This document shows, piece after piece, positions 47,519-56,153 of a DNA stretch of 64,000 nt. The notes below the pieces were generated by a model. It saw nothing but the letters and a program-made list of their open reading frames with translations, did not search any database and had not been told where the DNA came from. The first letter of the stretch is position 1. Each line of letters opens with the position of its first letter. Both the position numbers and the translations under genes were made by a program. The stretch comes from a virus: positions 1 through 64,000 of IMG/VR virus record IMGVR_UViG_3300028840_002104. One strand, 5' to 3'.

Positions 47519-48867
47519 TGCTTTTCAATGAAGATGTGGCCTTTGCTCCTCCGGTTGACCATGTTGTGGAGAAGAAGATTGTCAGGGTTCCTTCCTTTGC
47601 CCAAGGTGCCTATACGAGACTAGGCGCACGTGTCCGAGGAGAGGTCAGTGGGGTCAAGAGGTTTCATTGGGGAAGCTACTGGCATACTCGTGATGGTTAC
47701 GGCCAGTCTGCTGTCATAATGGCGGAAGAGCTTCACAAGCGCGGTTATGAGATGGAGCTTCGCGATACCGGCAACGAATACCAGACCTTAGATTGCGCGG
47801 AGTCTCGATTGATCCAGAAGCTGCGGAAGAAGAGAGTCTCTGATCCTGATTTTGAGTTTGCTTTCTGCATGGCTCCAGACATGGGAATGTTAGATCTTAC
47901 CTCGCCCTTCTTAGTTTTCTATTCGATGTGGGAAGCTACCGAACTTCCGAAGACGTGGATTCCATTTATTCGAGAGGCAGACACCATTATCACGCCTTCG
48001 GAGTGGGTAGCTTCCGTTTTTCATGCTGCGGTCAAGAATCTGAGCATTCCTGTTGTGGTGGTGAATGTCCCTCTTCGCTCGGAAGTCTACAAGTTTCGGG
48101 AAAAGGCTTTCCTCAAGAGAATGTATAGGACACTTTCTAAGAGGCGGCCTAAGCCTTTTAGGTTTCTTTTCGTGAGCACGCCCGTTAAGAGAAAAGGAAT
48201 AGATGTTCTGATTGAGGCATTTCAGCAGGCGTTTCCTGTTGAGGCTTTGGATAACGTGGCTCTCCACCTTCATATGCGAACAGGCCCTTTGAATAGGCAC
48301 GTCTTTCCAGAGCAGGATAAAGTAGCGGCGCGGGTTGAAGACGACTACAGAATTACTTACAACCTCAAGCCCATACCGTTGAGGAAACTCCTGAAGGTAT
48401 ATGACAAGCATGATTGCCTAGTTCACACTTCAAGGTCGGAAGGTTTCGGTCTCACTCCTTGTCAGGCTATGGCGTGTGGCTTGCCTGTGATCTGCACGAA
48501 CGCTACAGGCTGTACGGAATACGTGATGTCGCCTGAGCCCTACGCTTTTCCGATCAACATCTCAGGTTGGGAAAGCTGTGACCACGCATTCTACAAGGAA
48601 GGCGAGTGGTCAACTCCTGACGTGGGTCATGCGGCACATCAAATGAGGTATGTCTATGAGCACAGAGAAGAGGCCATGGATAGAGCCAACAAAGGCTCAA
48701 GGTGGGTTCTCAAGAATTTTGGCCGAGAGGCGACAGTAGCAAAGCTGGAAAGGGCGCTTGAATGGTCAAAAGCAGTACACAATTTGAAGATGAGGTCGCT
48801 GAAGAATTCGGCGGGAGAAGACAACTCGCATCAGGTTCCATCCCAGGTAGTCCGGGTGACGTTGTAG
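47518..48867 (+). CDS. GT-B fold glycosyltransferase family 4
   Basis: DGYG, MWEAT, ITPSEW, RKGIDVLIEAF, HTSRSEGFGLTPCQAMACGLPVI. Confidence 0.88.
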   Translation: MLFNEDVAFAPPVDHVVEKKIVRVPSFAQGAYTRLGARVRGEVSGVKRFHWGSYWHTRDGYGQSAVIMAEELHKRGYEMELRDTGNEYQTLDCAESRLIQKLRKKRVSDPDFEFAFCMAPDMGMLDLTSPFLVFYSMWEATELPKTWIPFIREADTIITPSEWVASVFHAAVKNLSIPVVVVNVPLRSEVYKFREKAFLKRMYRTLSKRRPKPFRFLFVSTPVKRKGIDVLIEAFQQAFPVEALDNVALHLHMRTGPLNRHVFPEQDKVAARVEDDYRITYNLKPIPLRKLLKVYDKHDCLVHTSRSEGFGLTPCQAMACGLPVICTNATGCTEYVMSPEPYAFPINISGWESCDHAFYKEGEWSTPDVGHAAHQMRYVYEHREEAMDRANKGSRWVLKNFGREATVAKLERALEWSKAVHNLKMRSLKNSAGEDNSHQVPSQVVRVTL

Positions 48868-49124
48868 TTTCGGATGAGTACCTGATTGAGTGCAAAGAGA
48901 CAGATAAGACTCAGTTCATTCTAAAACGAAGTATTTGGGGAAAGATAATAAAGGAGTCTCTTAGTCTGGGCTTGGTTCCTGCGATAGCTCTTCGATTTTG
49001 GGGTTGTAATCGAACAGGATTTAGGCGAAGAGATCTTATCATTCTAGACAGACACGAGTTTCTTGCGTTGTTGGACGAACTCAGAGAGTACAGGGAGAGC
49101 GAAGATGCCAAGAGGCATGAGTGA
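48762..49124 (+). CDS. PD-(D/E)XK Holliday junction resolvase-like nuclease
   Basis: FEDEVA..GGRRQLASGS..GDV..LIECK. Confidence 0.75.
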   Translation: MVKSSTQFEDEVAEEFGGRRQLASGSIPGSPGDVVVSDEYLIECKETDKTQFILKRSIWGKIIKESLSLGLVPAIALRFWGCNRTGFRRRDLIILDRHEFLALLDELREYRESEDAKRHE

Positions 49125-49356
49125 GATACGGAGAGCAGCCAAAGAAGGTCGTAAGGTCAAAATTCGTTATCTTCGGAAAGGTCGCGGTAGAGACAGAGAT
49201 CGAATGGTCACCAGAACTGTTACCGGCTACGAGCGGAAAGGCCGCTACTTGTATGTTGACCACAGAGGCAGAACGAAGTCGTTTATTGCCTCTAGAATTC
49301 AGTCGGCGCGGATTGCAAAGACGAAAGCAGAACCTAAGTATCCAGTAAAGCTTTGA
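49105..49356 (+). CDS. Stand-alone WYL-domain protein
   Basis: IRRAAKEGRKVKIRY...TRTVTGY...YLY...KSFIASRI. Confidence 0.65.
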   Translation: MPRGMSEIRRAAKEGRKVKIRYLRKGRGRDRDRMVTRTVTGYERKGRYLYVDHRGRTKSFIASRIQSARIAKTKAEPKYPVKL

Positions 49357-49368
49357 AAGAAAAATAGA

Positions 49369-49584
49369 ATGCGAGAGAAGGAGAGGCTGAGAAATTCGAT
49401 AATGCACCACGAGTTGTCAGATAATCAGGAGAACGACGTATCTGCGGTGAGGCAAGATGCCTACGATCTTGGTGAGAGCCTCTTAGCTTATTGCCCTGAG
49501 TGTAGGGAAAGGTCTTTGGCTATGACAAAGCTGGAAGAGTGTTTGATGTGGGCAGTTAAAGCAATTGCTTTGAATGAGGAGTAG
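49369..49584 (+). CDS. Acb2/Tad1-like helical-hairpin protein (putative immune-signal sponge)
   Basis: CPECRERSLAMTKLEECLMWAVKAIA resembles the Tad1/Acb2 C-terminal helix. Confidence 0.55.
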   Translation: MREKERLRNSIMHHELSDNQENDVSAVRQDAYDLGESLLAYCPECRERSLAMTKLEECLMWAVKAIALNEE

Positions 49585-49599
49585 TGAAAGGAGTAGAGA

Positions 49600-50127
49600 A
49601 TGGGAGAATGTTTCATGGTTTTGATCTTATGGTCAGATGGTTCAGTTACTCAGAAGGCCATGACTATTGATGATCTTGAGGACTTTTTCCGAAAGCAGAA
49701 GACAGAGGAATCCTACAAAGGCTCCCGGGTCTTCAGGTATGTCGAGAAAGAAGATGTCATAGGAGACTTTGAGGAGCTAGTGAACGGCAATTGGTCTGAG
49801 TTAGATCCTTCGAGAAGAGCTATTCAGGCAGCGTTGTCAAGTCTCCAGGAGGAAAGTCCCGAAAAAGAAGAAAGGACTTATCTGATCTTTGGTTGTACTT
49901 CTGGCCAGATCTATGTAGAGCAAGGATTAGTCTTTGTTCCGAAGGGAACAGAAATCCTTGAAGTTACAGGTTCTCAACAGGTAGTCCTCACGGATGTTGA
50001 TCCTAGTACGATTGCTCGGACTTCGGTTCCTGGCGTTGGCCGCTGTATCTTTCTCCCGAAGGAAGCTTATAGGGATGTAAGAGCTACTGACTCAGGCACG
50101 CCTGCTCCGGTATTGAGGGGGTACTAG
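49600..50127 (+). CDS. Hypothetical protein
   Basis: AAAGGAG RBS. Confidence 0.5.
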   Translation: MGECFMVLILWSDGSVTQKAMTIDDLEDFFRKQKTEESYKGSRVFRYVEKEDVIGDFEELVNGNWSELDPSRRAIQAALSSLQEESPEKEERTYLIFGCTSGQIYVEQGLVFVPKGTEILEVTGSQQVVLTDVDPSTIARTSVPGVGRCIFLPKEAYRDVRATDSGTPAPVLRGY

Positions 50128-51105
50128 ATGAGCTTGAAGGATGCCGTGGCGAGGGCTTCAGCGAATAAAGGACTACTTGTTCCTCTCATGCGAGACTTTA
50201 TCGCGGCTGAAGAGCAAGCGGTCCTAGATGGTAGAATGAAAGGCTGGAAGATAGCTGCTCACGAGAGAAATAGCCTCTTAGAGCTTTTGGCTATGCAGGA
50301 AGACGAAGTAAAGAATGGCCAAGACAAAGGTATTGTAGGCAGAAATGATTCTGATGGAAATCCCCTTCTGCATCCTTCGCAGATGATGAAGTGTCTGAGG
50401 CAGCAGGCGTATAAGTACTTCAAAGCTCCAGGACAAGCAGGTTCTTCTAGAGAGGTCTTCGAGGGCCACCAAAAGATGTCCAATGGTACTTACTTTCACT
50501 ATCGGATACAGTCATTGTTGATGCGTATGGGCATCTTGGTGGCTCCGGAGATCCTCATTGACGGGTTTCTCGGTCCCTGTCACGTGGTAGGCCATGGTGA
50601 TGGCATAGTCGTGGTCTCGGAAGAGCACTTCCCCAATTTTGGTGGTGTCTTTGGTCAACGGTATCTTCTTGAGCTGAAGAGCGCCAATGACAGGAATTTC
50701 TGTCTTTTCGCGGGAGGGAAGATCTACGAAAGCTATCTTTACCAGGTGCAGATTTACATGCACTTTGTGAAGGCCAAGGGATGTATTCTTCTCTTCGAGG
50801 ACAAAGATAATCAGAGAAAGTTGGACATTCTGATTGAGTACAACCCAGAAGTCGTTGACAAGGCTCAAGAGAGAATGTCGGATCTTCATTTTGCCCTGTT
50901 GAATGGTGAATTGCCTCCAGCAGAGAAAGCTTGGACATGCAAGTGGTGTCCTTATGGCCTTCTCTGTGCAGATGAGAATGAAACAAGGAGATGGCTAGAT
51001 GAAGTTCACAAAGAGTCAGGAAAAGCTGACGCACTTCGAGACTCAGGCAATAAAACGAGTGGAGCAAAAGGGCTTCGCTTTACCCCCGCGTCCAAGAAAA
51101 ACTGA
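50128..51105 (+). CDS. Cas4/RecB-like PD-(D/E)XK exonuclease with predicted Fe-S cluster
   Basis: HPSQMMKCLRQ, GTYFH, GHGDG, LELKS, QVQIYM, CKWCPYGLLC. Confidence 0.85.
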   Translation: MSLKDAVARASANKGLLVPLMRDFIAAEEQAVLDGRMKGWKIAAHERNSLLELLAMQEDEVKNGQDKGIVGRNDSDGNPLLHPSQMMKCLRQQAYKYFKAPGQAGSSREVFEGHQKMSNGTYFHYRIQSLLMRMGILVAPEILIDGFLGPCHVVGHGDGIVVVSEEHFPNFGGVFGQRYLLELKSANDRNFCLFAGGKIYESYLYQVQIYMHFVKAKGCILLFEDKDNQRKLDILIEYNPEVVDKAQERMSDLHFALLNGELPPAEKAWTCKWCPYGLLCADENETRRWLDEVHKESGKADALRDSGNKTSGAKGLRFTPASKKN

Positions 51106-51475
51106 CAAGTATCAGGATCTTCCTGACAACATCACAGAGATCTCCTCAGAAGAGCTTGGGGAACGCTATGCAGCTATGGTTGCTTGGTGGGCTTATGCTG
51201 AGGCGAAGCTAGGTCTATCCCAGGCGCGGCTTGTGGAAACGGCCAGAAACGTCAGCAGCAGGGAGACCTCTCTCTTAGCCCAGTGTACTTCTAAGGAAAA
51301 GTGGCGCTTCGAGAAGTACCTCTGGACTGATGAGATCTGGTTAACGCTCACCAGTGATAGGGATAAAGATTTGGCCTATCACAATCTCCTCCAGCAGTTA
51401 GCGAAGCGGTATGAGAAGTTCGCTTCCTGCTTGTCCAGGGAGATAACCAGAAGGGGGATAGCTTTCGATGCTTAA
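50999..51475 (+). CDS. Coiled-coil protein, possible recombination mediator (UvsY-like)
   Basis: Long helices, C-terminal LSREITRR; follows exonuclease. Confidence 0.35.
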   Translation: MKFTKSQEKLTHFETQAIKRVEQKGFALPPRPRKTDKYQDLPDNITEISSEELGERYAAMVAWWAYAEAKLGLSQARLVETARNVSSRETSLLAQCTSKEKWRFEKYLWTDEIWLTLTSDRDKDLAYHNLLQQLAKRYEKFASCLSREITRRGIAFDA

Positions 51476-51659
51476 AGATGTGTACGTTGTTGAGAAATGG
51501 GAGCCTCACGAGTGCTCTGAGATTGTTGGTGTCTTTGCTGACAAAGAGGACGCTTTAGAGGCGGGGAAGACTTATGTGAATCCTGATCGTTGCTGCTGGG
51601 CTATTACTAGATATCCGTTGAACAAGCGATTTCACGGGCAAGTTATTTTCAGAAGCTAG
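51468..51659 (+). CDS. Small hypothetical phage protein
   Basis: VYVV...IVGVFADKEDA motif. Confidence 0.45.
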   Translation: MLKDVYVVEKWEPHECSEIVGVFADKEDALEAGKTYVNPDRCCWAITRYPLNKRFHGQVIFRS

Positions 51660-51667
51660 GAGAAGAA

Positions 51668-51901
51668 ATGATAGAAGCTGAACGAGAGTTTCAAATGTGC
51701 AGCAAGTATATCTCAGAGCTTCAGTTTCTCAGAGGAGAGCTTCACGGTCTTCTCAGAATGATGGACAACAACAAGCGGATAATTGAACATGCTCTAGAGC
51801 GTGTAGAGAAGGCTACAGGTTTTCCTATGACCATGGAGACCTGGCAGAACGCTTCTCTTAGGCAGGCTGAAGAGCGGCATCAAAGGAAGAGAGATGCCTA
51901 A
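51668..51901 (+). CDS. Hypothetical protein
   Basis: AGGAG RBS. Confidence 0.4.
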   Translation: MIEAEREFQMCSKYISELQFLRGELHGLLRMMDNNKRIIEHALERVEKATGFPMTMETWQNASLRQAEERHQRKRDA

Positions 51902-52355
51902 GTACATACACACGGACTACAATCCTCTGGTTACATTCGATGAAGAGCATGGATGGTTTTATGAGGTCAAACCGGGCTCTCCTGATGAGGTTCTCGATTT
52001 CGCGCCTAGCTGTTGGTTCTCTCTCAGGGAGTTTAGGTGTCCTTGCTGTCAAGCGGTGATTGTTTCCTCAAAGTTGATTAACAAGCTTACGCTTTTGAGG
52101 GAAGAGCTACAGTTTCAGGTAACCATTTCGAGTGGCTACCGTTGTGAGGCGAAGAACACGGCGGTAGGCGGAGTTCCTAACTCTCAGCACTTGAAGGGTA
52201 CGGCAGTAGACATCCCCAAGTACACTCAGGATGTTGTTGTAGTCAGAACTATGAGGGCTGCTCTTGAGAGGCGATTTGCTCAAGGCGGCATGGGCGAGTA
52301 CTCAGGACATTTTCACGTTGATGTGCGTGGATTTCGTGCTCGTTGGCGGAAGTAA
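51894..52355 (+). CDS. Peptidase M15A (Zn D-Ala-D-Ala carboxypeptidase family), possible endolysin
   Basis: FSLREFRCPCC, ISSGYRC..N..VGG..SQHLKGTAVDI, FHVDVRG. Confidence 0.88.
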   Translation: MPKYIHTDYNPLVTFDEEHGWFYEVKPGSPDEVLDFAPSCWFSLREFRCPCCQAVIVSSKLINKLTLLREELQFQVTISSGYRCEAKNTAVGGVPNSQHLKGTAVDIPKYTQDVVVVRTMRAALERRFAQGGMGEYSGHFHVDVRGFRARWRK

Positions 52356-52381
52356 CCCCACATCTGGTATACTTTGGATAG

Positions 52382-52726
52382 ATGACGGCACGATCTACAT
52401 GGAAGGCGAATGAGCGTAAGGCAGCAGGTTTCTTTGGCTCGGTTCGTAACCGATGTTCTGGCTCATCGGGAAGGTCAGACCTTAGCCGTTCTGACTCCAC
52501 GAATGAGCGGATCTACGTTGAGACGAAAACTTCAAAACGAAGCAGTCTTCACACTCTTTTCCGCGAGACAGAAGACAAGGCGGCCAAAGAAGGAAAAATC
52601 CCAATCCTCCAGATATTCCGTACTGGTGATAGACGAGGCCCCCTGATTACGCTTAGACCGGAGCACCTTCTCTATGTTGCTTTTGAACGATTGCTTGCTA
52701 TGCTTGAGGAGGCTCTAGATGAATGA
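52382..52726 (+). CDS. Second PD-(D/E)XK resolvase-like nuclease
   Basis: WKANERKAAGFFGSVR..SGS..SD..YVETK. Confidence 0.6.
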   Translation: MTARSTWKANERKAAGFFGSVRNRCSGSSGRSDLSRSDSTNERIYVETKTSKRSSLHTLFRETEDKAAKEGKIPILQIFRTGDRRGPLITLRPEHLLYVAFERLLAMLEEALDE

Positions 52727-53126
52727 CGCTGAATCTTTCTATCCTGAGTACACTGTTGGGGAGTTAACTCTCAAGATCAAGGGGACGACTAGCCCTCAAG
52801 GTGCTGCTCAGTTTGCCGTTGCGCGGTTGCGCGAAGGCGAGTGGTATGTGGACTTTGTTTTCATGGGGGGCAATGCTGGCCAGCAGGCAGACAAGGCTTG
52901 TTATGCCGCCCACAGGAGTTTGGTGATAGAGTGGGGCATTGATGCCTTCTTTATTCCGCTTCGATTTGTGGCCCAGACGAGACCAGAGAGAGATCCTCAG
53001 ACAGGAGAAGTTACTCGTCCGCTGAAGGACATCTTTGTGTGGCGGCTTTGGCGTTCGGAAGCCTACTATGACGTGGCGGCGGAAGAAAGAAGAGCCCCTA
53101 CAGCAGCTAAGCACACTGGGACGTAG
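52719..53126 (+). CDS. SpoVS-like (Alba-fold) protein
   Basis: LKIKGTTSPQGAA...LREG...FMGGNAGQQADKA...GIDAFFIP aligns by eye to SpoVS LKVS..S.P..VAGA...IGAGALNQAVKA...GVDL..IP. Confidence 0.6.
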   Translation: MNDAESFYPEYTVGELTLKIKGTTSPQGAAQFAVARLREGEWYVDFVFMGGNAGQQADKACYAAHRSLVIEWGIDAFFIPLRFVAQTRPERDPQTGEVTRPLKDIFVWRLWRSEAYYDVAAEERRAPTAAKHTGT

Positions 53127-53185
53127 AATTTGCAGTTTTTGGTCGATTCGTTCTATGAAAGCGTGTATTTTTGTCAGTTGTTTCG

Positions 53186-53215
53186 TTGACAGGCGCTTCG
53201 GATCTCCCATAGCAT
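53186..53215 (+). promoter_or_regulatory. Sigma70/sigmaA-type promoter
   Basis: TTGACA-18 bp-TAGCAT; overlapped by inverted repeat ATAGTGT-N6-ACACTAT (53214-53233). Confidence 0.55.
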
Positions 53216-53267
53216 AGTGTATAGAAACACTATTACACCTCAGTTACCTTTTGAAAGGAGGTAGATT

Positions 53268-53480
53268 ATGGGAGGTGGCGGCGCAACTTACACGATGGTA
53301 GAAGCTGATGGCACTAGGACTCCTGGTCTCACGTATGCCGATGCCCGACAGTTCGTAGGACAGAGAGGTATCCGAATGGAAACGGCGACAGGTCGAGAGT
53401 ATAGGCCGAGACCTCGAAGAGCAGCGGCTACAGGAAGACGGCGAACGGCTTTTGAAGCACAGAGAGCCTACGCTAGGTAA
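53268..53480 (+). CDS. Small Arg-rich protein in its own transcription unit
   Basis: AAAGGAGGT RBS, upstream promoter, downstream terminator. Confidence 0.65.
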   Translation: MGGGGATYTMVEADGTRTPGLTYADARQFVGQRGIRMETATGREYRPRPRRAAATGRRRTAFEAQRAYAR

Positions 53481-53538
53481 GTTCTAGTAATGATACAGAA
53501 GTAAGTAAATGTAGCCCTAACTTGCTTCTGGTCGGTGT

Positions 53539-53567
53539 GGGGAGGTCGTTTCGGCCTCCCCTTTTTT
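53539..53567 (+). terminator. Rho-independent terminator
   Basis: GGGGAGGTCG-TTT-CGGCCTCCCC followed by T6. Confidence 0.85.
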
Positions 53568-53583
53568 GAATGGAGGTATGACA

Positions 53584-54351
53584 ATGGATGCTAGAATTAG
53601 GGCGCTTCTTCTCTTTTCAGGTGGTCTTGATAGCACAGTAGCCTTGTGGCATATCCTGAAAGACCACGATCTTCGGACAGTCTGTCTTCACTTTACCCAC
53701 GGGCTGAAACCTACTCACCATATCACCGATCTATCCGCAATCATCAATGAAGCCAATGATGAGTTCGGAAGAAACAGTGTCACTCTTGAGGTTGTTCATC
53801 TTCCCGACTTTTGGCTAGGTCTTGAGGACTACCAGCCTGAGTGGAGACTGAAAGCAGCCGAAGGCCCTACCAACAGGGAAATTCTCCACGCTCGAAACCT
53901 GGTCTATCTGTCTCTTGCTGTTCCTTACGCCATCCGTTTTGGGGCCAACAATATTTTCACAGGATTTCTCGCTGGTGTTCCTGTCGTCCCACCTGACGCG
54001 ACTCTTCAGTTCTCGGAAATGGCAGAAAAGGTTATCCACGAAGCGATAGGCGAAACTCTTCTAGAGAACTTTGGCGGCCTGGCCGTCATTTCTCCCATGA
54101 TAGCTATGGATAAGCTAGATGTCTGGAAACACGCAGATCAGTTTGGCATTCTAGGTCTTGTCAAGGATCGTGCGTCTAGTTGCAACGCATTCTTCATCAA
54201 TGACCCTGATCTCCTTGTTGCGGAGCATTCTTGGGGATGGGGTTGCGGTAAATGTCAGTCATGCGAAGAAAGGGCGAATTCCTGGGAAGCATTTCAGAAA
54301 ATCAGAAAGGTCGGAGGCAAAGGTGAACAGCAGGGAGAGACAGAAGGCTGA
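53584..54351 (+). CDS. queC: 7-cyano-7-deazaguanine synthase
   Basis: LFSGGLDST, ARNLVYLSLA, C-terminal SC...GCGKCQSCEER Zn motif. Confidence 0.88.
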   Translation: MDARIRALLLFSGGLDSTVALWHILKDHDLRTVCLHFTHGLKPTHHITDLSAIINEANDEFGRNSVTLEVVHLPDFWLGLEDYQPEWRLKAAEGPTNREILHARNLVYLSLAVPYAIRFGANNIFTGFLAGVPVVPPDATLQFSEMAEKVIHEAIGETLLENFGGLAVISPMIAMDKLDVWKHADQFGILGLVKDRASSCNAFFINDPDLLVAEHSWGWGCGKCQSCEERANSWEAFQKIRKVGGKGEQQGETEG

Positions 54352-54922
54352 GAATGCCCTTCGGCGGATGTTCTCAGTTTACCGCGACAAGGACGATATT
54401 CCGCACATAGAGTTTAAGACGACCAGTACGAAAGACACTCCCGCACGTGTAGTTCGTATGTACGAGGAGTTCTTCTCTGCGGAAGAGCCTGACTTCACAA
54501 CCTTTTCCGCTGATGTAGACACTCTTGTCGTTGTTCGGGATATCGAGTTTGTCTCTGTCTGCGAACATCATCTACTCCCATTCTATGGCCGCGCCCATGT
54601 AGGCTACCTGCCAGACGGGAAAATAGCTGGCTTGTCAAAGTTTGGTCGTGTGGTTGACTTCTTCGCCAAGAGGCCGCAGCTTCAGGAAAGAATGACTGAT
54701 GAGACTGCGGAGTATCTTATGAAGAAGCTCAAGCCACGCGCTCTGTGTGTTTATGTGGAAGCCAAGCATACTTGCATGGCTCTGCGCGGAACAAGAAAGC
54801 TCAATTCAACTACGGTTACTCATGCAATTCGAGGGAATGAAGAGAAAGTGCGTTTCGAGGTGAAGCGTGAATTTCTCCAGATGCTAAAAGGAGGTCTGAG
54901 TAATGGTGGCAACAGTTATTAA
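54323..54922 (+). CDS. folE: GTP cyclohydrolase I
   Basis: TPARV, SVCEHHLLPFYG, GLSKFGR, RPQLQERMT, HTCMALRG. Confidence 0.95.
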   Translation: MNSRERQKAENALRRMFSVYRDKDDIPHIEFKTTSTKDTPARVVRMYEEFFSAEEPDFTTFSADVDTLVVVRDIEFVSVCEHHLLPFYGRAHVGYLPDGKIAGLSKFGRVVDFFAKRPQLQERMTDETAEYLMKKLKPRALCVYVEAKHTCMALRGTRKLNSTTVTHAIRGNEEKVRFEVKREFLQMLKGGLSNGGNSY

Positions 54923-55382
54923 GCAACTGAAGTCTCTCTCCCTTGCCCACAAGCTCACTTCTCGTAAGGCGGGAAAGTGTTGTCGTCTACACGGGCATAA
55001 CTACCAAATTACGGTTTTCTATGAGGACGAGGTTGATGAAGAGACTGGCATGGTTCTGAACTTTAGTGAGTTCGACCTTCTTGAGGAGTTTATTTCTTGG
55101 CTTTTTGACCACAGAGCGGTCAAGAAGGCTACCAGGCACACTAAGGATTACTTGGCTTTTCCTTTTGAGCCTACGGCTGAGATGCTGGCCGCCACTATCG
55201 CTTACTCAGCTTTTCTGACGCTCAAGCCTTCAGCTCACGGAGCGATTATGGTGCAGGTGTCTGAAACAGACAGGTGCGCTGCCAGATATCGCTTAGCTTT
55301 AGGAGGGCTTCCGGAGAAGCTAGAGGATTGGATTGTAGACATGCTATCTCGTTTTAGAGTAGGGGGAGTGGCACATGAGTGA
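54903..55382 (+). CDS. queD: 6-carboxytetrahydropterin synthase
   Basis: AHKL..CCRLHGHNY, GMVLNF, FDH, PTAEMLA, VSET. Confidence 0.92.
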   Translation: MVATVIKQLKSLSLAHKLTSRKAGKCCRLHGHNYQITVFYEDEVDEETGMVLNFSEFDLLEEFISWLFDHRAVKKATRHTKDYLAFPFEPTAEMLAATIAYSAFLTLKPSAHGAIMVQVSETDRCAARYRLALGGLPEKLEDWIVDMLSRFRVGGVAHE

Positions 55383-56013
55383 GCGGCTGAAGATTAACGA
55401 CATCTTTCTGAGTATTCAAGGAGAAGGTCAGTATGTGGGGACTCCGATGGTCTTCATCAGATTCGCAGGATGCAATCTTTCCTGTAGCTGGTGTGATACG
55501 GACAAGTATGAGCACTACTGCATGACAGCGGAGCAGGTCTTTAACTATATCAAGACTCTTTGTAACTATCCTAGTTCTATTCCTGTCTGTCTTACAGGAG
55601 GGGAGCCTCTTCTTCAATGGGGATTGGCAATGGAAGAGCTTGCCAACAGGCTTATAGAGAAAGGCTCAGGACTTCATCTTGAGACGAACGGTCTTCTGCT
55701 CGACGGAGAGATTGGTCTAGGTGTTTTTGACTATGTTACGGTTAGTCCTAAGCCCCCCTCTTCAGGCTGCGAAACTCTTGACTACTGGGATAGCTTAGCT
55801 CTCTCTCGCGCTGATGAGTTTAAGGTTGTGATAGCAGATCAGGAGGACTACAATTGGGTTGTTCAGAATGCTTGCTGGTTTGTTGATCGTCCCCTTTTTC
55901 TCCAGCCTTGTGACGGAAGGTCTTCTTTCTCTGATCTCTGGGAGATGTGGCAGAAGAACCCTATCCCCTGTCGGATACTTCCTCAAGTCCACAAGCTCGT
56001 GGGCGTCAAGTAA
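55375..56013 (+). CDS. queE: 7-carboxy-7-deazaguanine synthase (radical SAM)
   Basis: SIQGEG, FIRFAGCNLSCSWCDT, LTGGEP, LETNG, VSPK, QVHK. Confidence 0.93.
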   Translation: MSERLKINDIFLSIQGEGQYVGTPMVFIRFAGCNLSCSWCDTDKYEHYCMTAEQVFNYIKTLCNYPSSIPVCLTGGEPLLQWGLAMEELANRLIEKGSGLHLETNGLLLDGEIGLGVFDYVTVSPKPPSSGCETLDYWDSLALSRADEFKVVIADQEDYNWVVQNACWFVDRPLFLQPCDGRSSFSDLWEMWQKNPIPCRILPQVHKLVGVK

Positions 56014-56042
56014 ATTACTGTCAAAATACCTGCCATATCCTC

Positions 56043-56072
56043 TTGACGCCCCTCTCCTATGAATGGTACAAT
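56043..56072 (+). promoter_or_regulatory. Sigma70/sigmaA-type promoter
   Basis: TTGACG-18 bp-TACAAT with extended -10 TG. Confidence 0.7.
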
Positions 56073-56153
56073 GATAGTGCAAAATGCGAGAATGAATGTA
56101 TGATTCGGAGGTAACCACAATGGGCGTGGTTACACAGATGCAAGGAGGTCAAG

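Noticed and set aside
50128-51105. Cas4 as part of a CRISPR adaptation module with the RAMP-like gene
   Set aside because: Solo Cas4-like nucleases are common phage recombination genes; it is 7 kb away in a recombination cluster and no cas1/cas2 is present
53584-56013. Auxiliary tRNA queuosine biosynthesis
   Set aside because: No queF/queA/queG; a DpdA-like gene makes DNA modification the better explanation
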